Assembly (NCBI GenBank): GCA_016193045.1
Contig: JACPSW010000086.1
Span: 11,135 to 75,134 of the forward strand
Direction of reading: 5' to 3'
Length of the DNA stretch: 64,000 nt
From: Candidatus Rokuibacteriota bacterium
GTDB lineage: Bacteria > Methylomirabilota > Methylomirabilia > Rokubacteriales > CSP1-6
The notes beneath the pieces are model-generated. The model did no database searches. It was not told the origin of the DNA and worked only from the letters and a program-made list of their open reading frames with translations. Each line of letters begins with the position of its first letter. The first letter of the stretch is position 1. This document shows, piece after piece, positions 13,339 through 19,773 of this stretch. Both the position numbers and the translations under genes were made by a program.

Positions 13339-13497
13339 ATGGCGAAGAAGAAGGCGGCGTTCGGCGGCTACTCCATCAGCTTCAAGGGCTGCAAGGACTC
13401 GGCGGAGTCGATTTTCGGCTCGAAGCCGATCGGCCCCTCCGTCATGACAAAAAAGATTTGGGCCTACGTCAAGCGGAAGAGGCTGGCAAAGCGGTAG
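13339..13497 (+). CDS. Small basic protein (52 aa) whose sequence resembles the N-terminal half of a SWIB/MDM2 domain
   Basis: MAKKKAAFGGYSISFKGCKDSAESIFGSKPIGPSVMTKKIWAYVKRKRLAKR has an RBS GAGAGGAGAAAGC. The TKKIWAYVK motif resembles the SWIB motif (V)KKLWEYIK. The second half of the domain is missing. Confidence 0.3.
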   Translation: MAKKKAAFGGYSISFKGCKDSAESIFGSKPIGPSVMTKKIWAYVKRKRLAKR

Positions 13498-13598
13498 GAT
13501 TCCGCCCGGCGCTTCCAGGCTCAAGCGCATAGCGGGAGAGAGGACCCCGACGTCCTCGTCACGGGCCTCTCTCCTCGTTTCTCTGGTAGAATCCTCCC

Positions 13599-13949
13599 AT
13601 GGCGTGCCCGGTCCTCTACAACCGGGAGAGCTGACCCACCTGCCAGAAGGCGAGAGAGTTTCTCTCGCTGCGGGGTGTCGCCTACGACAGCCACCTTGTG
13701 GAAACGCGGCCCGTGACGCGCGAGGAGACCGTGGACCTCGCGCGGAAGGCGCGGCGTTTCCTGATCAAGCTCGGGCAGGATACGCTCAGGTTCGACGCGG
13801 CGACCAATCCCATCACCGAGGCGGAGGTCCACGCCTATCTCGTGCACGACGACGGCTTCCTCCGCGTGCCCGTGCTGGTGATGGGGGATCTCCTCGTTCG
13901 AGGCTACACCGAGGAGCTGTACCGGGAGGCCTTAGGAGGCAAGCCATGA
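13599..13949 (+). CDS. Candidate selenoprotein of the Spx/ArsC-family thioredoxin fold with a UxxC motif (in-frame TGA at 13632-13634)
   Basis: An RBS is followed by ATG 13599. The product MACPVLYNRES-[TGA]-PTCQKAREFLSLRGVAYD... aligns RES-U-PT-C-QKA with the Spx/ArsC N-terminal motif SPS-C-TS-C-RKA, so Sec replaces the first Cys of CxxC. The C-terminal RVPVLVMGDLLVRG fits the family. A downstream hairpin is present. Without readthrough only a 10-aa peptide, or a GTG-initiated fragment from 13698, would be made. Confidence 0.55.
13649..13669 (+). promoter_or_regulatory. SECIS-like hairpin downstream of UGA 13632
   Basis: GGCGAGAG-AGUUU-CUCUCGCU forms a 7-8 bp perfect stem. Its 5-nt apical loop contains G and U, about 24 nt 3' of the UGA. 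This geometry is typical for bacterial SECIS. Confidence 0.4.
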
Positions 13950-14287
13950 TCGTCAAGGAAACTGCGCGGAGCGTGTACCTGGACGTCTCCGGGATCGCCT
14001 GGGAGCCCGGTGAGCACCCGGGCGTCGAGACGAAGACTCTCTACCGGGAGCCCTCGGGCCGGCAGACGGTGCTGGTCCGCATGGCCCCCGCGGCCCGGCT
14101 GCCCGAGCATCGCCATCGAGGGGTGGAGCAGAGCTTCGTCCTGGAGGGAACGCTCGTGGACGACGAGGGGGCCTGCACGGCAGGCAACTTCGTCTGGCGC
14201 CGCCCCGGGTCGGTGCACAGTGCCTGGAGCCCCGACGGCTGCCTCATCCTCGCGGTGTTCGAAGCTCCCAACGAGTTCCTCGCTTAG
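13946..14287 (+). CDS. Cupin-domain protein (ChrR-like cupin)
   Basis: ...LPEHRHRGVEQSFVLEGTLVDDEG...VHSAWSPDGCLILAVFEAP is a cupin beta-barrel signature. Its ATGA overlaps the selenoprotein stop. Confidence 0.65.
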   Translation: MIVKETARSVYLDVSGIAWEPGEHPGVETKTLYREPSGRQTVLVRMAPAARLPEHRHRGVEQSFVLEGTLVDDEGACTAGNFVWRRPGSVHSAWSPDGCLILAVFEAPNEFLA

Positions 14288-14943
14288 AGGCGGGCGGGGA
14301 TCTGGTCGAGGCGCTCGACGGTGAGGTCCGGAGCGAAGCCCAACTCCTCCATCGGCGCCTTCTGGCGGTTGCACCAGCAGACGCGATAGCCGAAGGCCTT
14401 GGCCCCCGCCACGTCCCACGCGTTCGAAGACACGAAGAGCAGGTCCCCCGCGGCCAGCCCCATCGCCTTCGGCCCGAGGGCGTAGACGGCGGGCGACGGC
14501 TTGTAGGTCTTCACGGCGTCCACGGAGAGAATGTGCTCTAGGTACGGGCCCAGGCCGCTCGAGCGCACGGCCGCCTGCAGCATCCTCGGCGAGCCGTTGG
14601 AAAGAATCGCGAGGGGGGAGCCCTTGAGGCGCTCCAGCGCCGTCCTCACCTCGGGGAAGGCGGCGAGGGACAGATAGGCCTCCATGAGGCGCTGGAGCTG
14701 GGCCTCGCTGGCCGCGAGACCGAGCCGGCGGATGGCGAAGCGCAGGGCAGCCTCCGTCACCTGCCAGAAGTCCTCGTACCGTCCCATGAGCGCGCGCAGC
14801 CAGGTGTACTCCAGCTGCTTCTGGCGCCACGTGAGGGAGAGGGCCTGGGGATCCTGCGTGATCTCGCGGCCGGCCTCGATCACCGAATGGACGTCGAAGA
14901 GGGTGCCGTACGCGTCGAAGACGAACCCCCGGGGGAGAGCCAT
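14284..14943 (-). CDS. HAD-superfamily hydrolase (haloacid dehalogenase type II-like)
   Basis: FVFDAYGTLFDV matches HAD motif I DxxGTL. ...LSNG... and FVSSNAWDVAGA are further motifs. Confidence 0.8.
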   Translation of the reverse strand: MALPRGFVFDAYGTLFDVHSVIEAGREITQDPQALSLTWRQKQLEYTWLRALMGRYEDFWQVTEAALRFAIRRLGLAASEAQLQRLMEAYLSLAAFPEVRTALERLKGSPLAILSNGSPRMLQAAVRSSGLGPYLEHILSVDAVKTYKPSPAVYALGPKAMGLAAGDLLFVSSNAWDVAGAKAFGYRVCWCNRQKAPMEELGFAPDLTVERLDQIPARL

Positions 14944-14947
14944 GCCG

Positions 14948-15850
14948 TCAGAACCGGGTCCCCCGCTTCCGGGGCGGCAGCGCCGGGCGGTGGTTCTCGG
15001 CCGGAGGCTCGAGCCCCGACAGCACGAGGCCGTAGCGGATCAGCCGCTGGGCGTCCAGGAACGACAGCCCGCGGCTGGGCGCGCCGAGGACGATACCGAC
15101 GAAGCGCTGGCCGTCGAGCCACGCGGCCACGGCCAGGTTGTATCCCGACTCGTTGGTGAATCCGGTCTTGAACGCCTGGACGCCGCCGGTCTCGATGAAC
15201 GGCGGCACGCGCCGGCTGTACACGCGGCCCCGGTAGATGAAGGTCTTGCCCCCGAGGATCGTGCGCACCCCCGGAAAGTCGTGGAGCAGGTGATCGGTCA
15301 CGGCCGCGAGATCGCGGGCCGTGCTGCGCTGGGCGGGATCCGGCAGGCCGTGGGGGTTCGCGTAGCGGGTCGCGGTGAGGCCCAGTTCCTGAGCTTTGGC
15401 GTTCATCCGCGCCACGAAGCTCTCCTCGTCACCCGCCAGGTGCTCGGCGACGGCCGTCGCGGCGTCGTTGGCCGACGCGATGGCGACGCCTTCCAGGAGC
15501 ACCCCGAACGGCACGACCTCCCCGGGCCGGAGTCCCATCCGGTAGCGCGGGGTCCGGGATGCCTTGAGGCTCACGGTGATGGGGTCCTCCCAGTCCACCC
15601 GTCCGGCTTCCAGATCCTCGTAGGCGAGGTAGAGGGTCATGAGCTTCACGAGGCTGGCCGGCGCGTGCTCCTCCTCCGCATTCTTGGCGAAGAGCACGTT
15701 CCCCTGGGGATCGATGAGGAGCACCGCTTCGGCGGCCAGGGCCAGCGCCTTGCCGTTCTGGGCCTGCGCCGGCAGGGGCGCGAGCGACAGAACGAGGGTG
15801 AGGAGCGCGGGGATCAGACGGCGGGACCGGCGGGAGCCAGCCGGATCTCG
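14948..15850 (-). CDS. D-alanyl-D-alanine carboxypeptidase (S11 / PBP5 family); start codon uncertain
   Basis: A signal peptide RRSRRLIPALLTLVLSLAPLPAQA is present. The SxxK active site is ASLVKLMT, with an SxN-type motif ANDAA and KTG in FKTGFT. No ATG/GTG/TTG lies in-frame just upstream of the signal peptide. Confidence 0.7.
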   Translation of the reverse strand, partial: RDPAGSRRSRRLIPALLTLVLSLAPLPAQAQNGKALALAAEAVLLIDPQGNVLFAKNAEEEHAPASLVKLMTLYLAYEDLEAGRVDWEDPITVSLKASRTPRYRMGLRPGEVVPFGVLLEGVAIASANDAATAVAEHLAGDEESFVARMNAKAQELGLTATRYANPHGLPDPAQRSTARDLAAVTDHLLHDFPGVRTILGGKTFIYRGRVYSRRVPPFIETGGVQAFKTGFTNESGYNLAVAAWLDGQRFVGIVLGAPSRGLSFLDAQRLIRYGLVLSGLEPPAENHRPALPPRKRGTRF

Positions 15851-16185
15851 ATGGGGATCGGGAGGTCGTGATGTCTCAGGTACAGATTGAGCCGGGCCTT
15901 GCCCGGGTCGTCCAGCGCCCGCGGCTCGGCCAGCTCCCAGCGGAGCCAGCCTTCCCGGCAGCCCACCCAGGTGCCCGCCACCAGGTCTGCCAGCGGGCAG
16001 CGCGATTCGAGGCAGGCTCCGTCGCTGAGCCGGCACACCGCATAACGGGGAGTCGCCACGCTCCCTCCTCGGGTGTTGGGTGAGGCGCACTGACTGACAT
16101 TCTAATGATCGGCGGCGCGGGGGTGTCAACAAAAAAGCGCGCGCAGTTGGTGCGTCGGGGCGGGAGTGGTATTCTGGGGGGCACC

Positions 16186-17082
16186 ATGAAGCCGCGGTGG
16201 GGCGTTGCCCTCGCGCTCGCGCTGCTCGTCGCGTGCCCGGCGGCGGCCGAGCTGCCGCCCTCCGACGAGGAGGCGGCGAGGGCCGCCCCCACCGACGCCG
16301 CGGCGACGCCCGCGCCCCCGCCCCCCGCGGGAGAGATCGCGCTGGTTCCGGGCGGGCGCCTGATCCCGTGGGAGCGTCTGGACGACGAATCCTTCGCGCT
16401 GGCGCGGGACGTGGTGAGCGAGGCCCTCGTCTTCCGGCAGGTGGACGGGATCGCCTTCCGCAGCCGCAAGGAGGTCTACGACTACTTGGTCCAGCACATG
16501 GACTTTGCTGCCGATGTCGCCCGGATGCTCCGGGTCGGCAAGTACCGGATGCACCGCACCCCGACGGGCTTCGAGGCCGACGACGGCCACGGGGCCCACG
16601 GATTCCTGAGGCCGCTCTACGACGACGGGGACCGCCGGGTCTTCTACCTTCAGGGGCGCTACGATCCCCCGGTCCTGCCCTCCATCGCCGGGCGCCTCGT
16701 GCTCGTGCTCGACACGAGCCACACCTTGGCGCCGGACGGCGAGAATTACGCGGAGATGCGGGTCGCCGGCTACCTGCGCCTGGACAGCGTCCTGGCCGAG
16801 GTGATCGCCGCGGTGGCCCGGAGCTTCACGGAGGAGATGGTCCAGAAGAAGGTCAAGCGTTTCTTCCGCGACGTGGCGCGCGTGAGCCGCCGCGCCTACG
16901 ACGACCCGGAGGGGCTGATCGAAGAGCTGGCGCGTCACCCCCAATTCGAGGCCGAGCGGGTGGCCGAATTCCGCCAGGTTCTTTTCGCCCACCGCCCGCC
17001 GCCGTGGGCCGAGGCCGTTCCCTTCCGCCTCACGCTTGAGGCCCTGACCCTCGATCCGGGAGACCTGTCCGAAATCGACTGA
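16186..17082 (+). CDS. Hypothetical secreted protein, probable lipoprotein
   Basis: MKPRWGVALALALLVACPAA has a lipobox LVAC. No family is recognised. Confidence 0.45.
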   Translation: MKPRWGVALALALLVACPAAAELPPSDEEAARAAPTDAAATPAPPPPAGEIALVPGGRLIPWERLDDESFALARDVVSEALVFRQVDGIAFRSRKEVYDYLVQHMDFAADVARMLRVGKYRMHRTPTGFEADDGHGAHGFLRPLYDDGDRRVFYLQGRYDPPVLPSIAGRLVLVLDTSHTLAPDGENYAEMRVAGYLRLDSVLAEVIAAVARSFTEEMVQKKVKRFFRDVARVSRRAYDDPEGLIEELARHPQFEAERVAEFRQVLFAHRPPPWAEAVPFRLTLEALTLDPGDLSEID

Positions 17083-17090
17083 GGCGCCGG

Positions 17091-17282
17091 ATGGAGTGGG
17101 TGTGGGGGAGCCTGGTCGTTCTCGCGCTTGCCCTGGCCGGCCTGGGGGGGTGGCGCGTTGCGCGGCAGGCGCTCCAGTTCTGCCCGCACTGCGGCTGGAT
17201 CGTCCGCCGGGTCCGTACCGGCTGGCTCCGCTGCCCCCGCTGCCACCGCCAGTACAGCCGGCACGCCAAGATCCATCCGTGA
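17091..17282 (+). CDS. Small membrane-anchored zinc-ribbon protein
   Basis: A TM helix is followed by CPHC...CPRC. It overlaps the next gene (GTGA). Confidence 0.35.
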   Translation: MEWVWGSLVVLALALAGLGGWRVARQALQFCPHCGWIVRRVRTGWLRCPRCHRQYSRHAKIHP

Positions 17283-17518
17283 AGAAGGTCCTGCTCTACA
17301 CGATGGAAGGCAACGCCGACGGCGAAGCCGCGCTCGCCTTCTTTCAGGCGCGGGGCACGCGCGTGGACGTGCGCGACGTGGGACGGGACGGCGGAGCGAC
17401 GCTGGAGTGCTTCGACCTGGCGGGGCGGCTCGTCGTGCCCACCGTGGTCATCGACGGCCGCGTGTTTTTCGGGTTCGGGGCGAACCGGGAGGAGATCGAG
17501 CCGTTACTACATACCTAG
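17279..17518 (+). CDS. Glutaredoxin-fold protein lacking the CxxC active site
   Basis: VKKVLLYTMEGNADGE...RLVVPTVVIDGRVFFGFGANREEIEPLL matches Grx topology (YT...TVP...GG..D), but CPYC is replaced by EGNA. Confidence 0.45.
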   Translation: MKKVLLYTMEGNADGEAALAFFQARGTRVDVRDVGRDGGATLECFDLAGRLVVPTVVIDGRVFFGFGANREEIEPLLHT

Positions 17519-18010
17519 CGCGGCGCGCGCTTCGTCCATCACCGCTTCGGTAATAGTGCGGTACCCTTTGCCCTCGGCGTAGCGCTCGATCGCCTTCCGG
17601 GCCATCGGGCGGATGAAGGACGGGATCCGCTCGACCCGCGCCTCCGCCTCCCGGCTCCACGCCATGCCGCTCTGGCCCTGGGCCTCCTGCTCGGTAATCA
17701 TCCCCGCGAACGGACAGCCGGGCCCGGTGGAGCCGCCCTCGGGCCGGGACCCCGGGGCCTCCTCGAAGGCTTCGGGGCGCTGGTGCGCGAGAGAGGAGCG
17801 GAGATGCTCGAAGGGCGCGACCGGCTCCGTCCGGCCGCCGACCTTGACGCCCAGGCTCCGGATCAGCTGGGTCTCGGCGGGATTGGTCAGCATCGCCACG
17901 CGGCGGCTGCAGCGCGGGCACGCGAAGGTCACGGCGAGGGAGCCCTCGTCGGGACCCTGGCTCGCCTGGAGCCGCATCGGCTCGTCGCACTCCACGCAGA
18001 GGAATTTCAA
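17507..18010 (-). CDS. Zinc-ribbon plus PCP_red-like (protochlorophyllide-reductase 57kD C-terminal-like) domain protein
   Basis: The N-terminus carries CVEC...CPRC. The C-terminus ERIPSFIRPMARKAIERYAEGKGYRTITEAVMDEA resembles a PCP_red domain. Confidence 0.45.
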   Translation of the reverse strand: MKFLCVECDEPMRLQASQGPDEGSLAVTFACPRCSRRVAMLTNPAETQLIRSLGVKVGGRTEPVAPFEHLRSSLAHQRPEAFEEAPGSRPEGGSTGPGCPFAGMITEQEAQGQSGMAWSREAEARVERIPSFIRPMARKAIERYAEGKGYRTITEAVMDEARAALGM

Positions 18011-18046
18011 TTGTTCACCTGGGGCGGGCCCCCGGGCCGGGGTCCT

Positions 18047-18412
18047 TCATTTCCGGGCGCGCTCCTCCGCCTCCACGAGAAGCGCGGCGAGCCGCTTGAC
18101 GATCTCCACGGCCAGCTTGGGGTTGGTCCGGATGAAGTGCTCGAGGCGGTCGCCCGGGATCACGCAGAGGGCGACATCCGTCTCGGCCATCGCCGTCGCG
18201 GTGCGCGGACCGGCGCGAAAGAGCGAGACTTCTCCCAGCAGCTCCCCCTCGCCGAAGACCCGGAGGGTCCGCTCCTCGCCGCCGACGATCTTCCGGATGG
18301 CCACCTTTCCTGACTGGATCAGGAACGCCTCATTGTGGGCGTCGTCGCCCTCCTTGAAGATCACCTGCCCGGCGGTGAAGCGTCGGACCTGGACCTGGCT
18401 CAGCGCGCTCAT
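18047..18412 (-). CDS. Cyclic-nucleotide-binding domain protein
   Basis: FGEGELLGEVSLF...RTATAMA is a cNMP-binding phosphate-binding cassette (GE..L....R.A). Confidence 0.7.
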   Translation of the reverse strand: MSALSQVQVRRFTAGQVIFKEGDDAHNEAFLIQSGKVAIRKIVGGEERTLRVFGEGELLGEVSLFRAGPRTATAMAETDVALCVIPGDRLEHFIRTNPKLAVEIVKRLAALLVEAEERARK

Positions 18413-18662
18413 ACCTCGGAGGGGGGCTCCGCCCCCCGTCCGATACCTCCCCCCAGACTCGGCTGCGCCGGCAAAGCCGGCGCTCGAACGGGCGTGCGAC
18501 AGTTTAGCGGCGCTGGGTGTTTCATCCTGTCACCTCGCGGGCTTCATCATACTGACGGGGGCGGGGAAGGGCAAGCCGCCTGACCGGCCTACGGCAATGG
18601 ATAGCGGCGGGGAGCCCGCCGCTTGCGGTGGATCGGGCGAGTGCTGTAAAGTGAAAAGCCGC

Positions 18663-18737
18663 GCCGGTGTAGCTCAGTGGCAGAGCAGCTGATTCGTAAT
18701 CAGCAGGTCGTGGGTTCGAGTCCCACCGCCGGCTCCA
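18663..18737 (+). tRNA. tRNA-Thr (anticodon CGT)
   Basis: GCCGGTG-TA-GCTCAGTGGCAGAGC-A-GCTGA-TTCGTAA-TCAGC-AGGTC-GTGGGTTCGAGTCCCAC-CGCCGGC-T-CCA gives a cloverleaf with a 7/7 acceptor stem (one G-U), T-loop TTCGAGT and encoded CCA. Confidence 0.9.
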
Positions 18738-18814
18738 GCCCCATCAGGACCGTTCGTCGCGCCTTCTGCCGAAATTGTCCGAGGTCGGGACCTGCGCGAG
18801 AAGAGCCGTAGCGC

Positions 18815-19570
18815 TCAGGCGATCTTGATAATGCCCGGCTCGACCCGCTCGAACCGGTCGGCCACCTCCGGGTCGTGGCCCGCGACGATCAGCCGCTCGG
18901 CCCCGGCCAGGGCGTGGATCGTCTCGAAGGCCGCGAGCATCTCGGGCAGGCTGGTCATGATCTGCACGGGCTGGCGCGTCTCCACGTTGCGGTAGAAGTG
19001 GGAGGCGTCGGAGGTGAGCACGACCGTGCCGCGGCCGGTCTCGGCGGTGACGATCTGGAGCCCCGCGGTGTGGCCGCCGACGCGGTGCACGCGGAGTCCC
19101 GGGAGCACCTCGCGGTCGCCCTCGATGATCCTGACGCGGTTCGCGTAGGTCAGGGTCACGAGCCGCGCGAGCGCGTCGGGGTCGGCGGACTGCCGGAAGG
19201 CCTCATAGCGGCCGAAGGGCCCCGTCCAGAACGCGACTTCGTCCCGCTGGATCCAGTACTCCGCCTCGGGGAACAGGCTGTGCCCGGCCCAGTGGTCGTA
19301 GTGGAGGTGAGTGATGAGCGCGATGGGCACGTCGCCCGGCTTGATGCCCGCACGCTCGACCATCGCCGCCGGGCTCACGTAGTTCCGAATGCCGCGCGCC
19401 CGCGCCTCGTCGTCGAGGAAGCCGGTGTCCACGAGGATCGGGTGGGGGCCGCCGAGGATCAGCCAGACGTAGTAGTGGAGCGTGAGCGGCGCGTGCGATG
19501 CCTCGCGATAGAAGAACTGGCAAGCCGTCATGTCCCGCTCTGCGTACTTCAGCGCGTAGACTTGGTACAT
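18815..19570 (-). CDS. MBL-fold metallo-hydrolase (N-acyl-homoserine-lactonase-like)
   Basis: HLHYDHWAGH is the HxHxDH motif. Downstream H and D ligands follow. Confidence 0.8.
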   Translation of the reverse strand: MYQVYALKYAERDMTACQFFYREASHAPLTLHYYVWLILGGPHPILVDTGFLDDEARARGIRNYVSPAAMVERAGIKPGDVPIALITHLHYDHWAGHSLFPEAEYWIQRDEVAFWTGPFGRYEAFRQSADPDALARLVTLTYANRVRIIEGDREVLPGLRVHRVGGHTAGLQIVTAETGRGTVVLTSDASHFYRNVETRQPVQIMTSLPEMLAAFETIHALAGAERLIVAGHDPEVADRFERVEPGIIKIA

Positions 19571-19699
19571 GATTCACCTCGCTGGCGCTGGAGTCTACGC
19601 CGCGGGGGGGAAGGATTCAAGCGGGTCCGGCGAGTCGATCTGCCATCGCCCGTTGACGCTGGGCGCTCTTCTCCGTCTTTCTTTTCCCGGTCTTGCCGG

Positions 19700-19716
19700 T
19701 TGGCACACTGCTTGCT
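19700..19716 (+). promoter_or_regulatory. Sigma-54 (-24/-12) promoter
   Basis: tTGGCACactgcTTGCT matches TGGCAC-N5-TTGCW with correct GG/GC spacing. It lies about 55 nt upstream of the ATG 19774 of the PilZ-like/TPR gene. Confidence 0.55.
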
Positions 19717-19773
19717 CAGGTCTATCCGTAGCTTCAATTTGTGAAAGAAATCGGACACAGGGAAGGGCGGGGG

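Noticed and set aside
13257-13532. Several 60-140-aa ORFs on both strands around 13.1-13.85 kb.
   Set aside because: They overlap the thiC leader/promoter region and the selenoprotein gene in other frames. They have no RBS or motifs.
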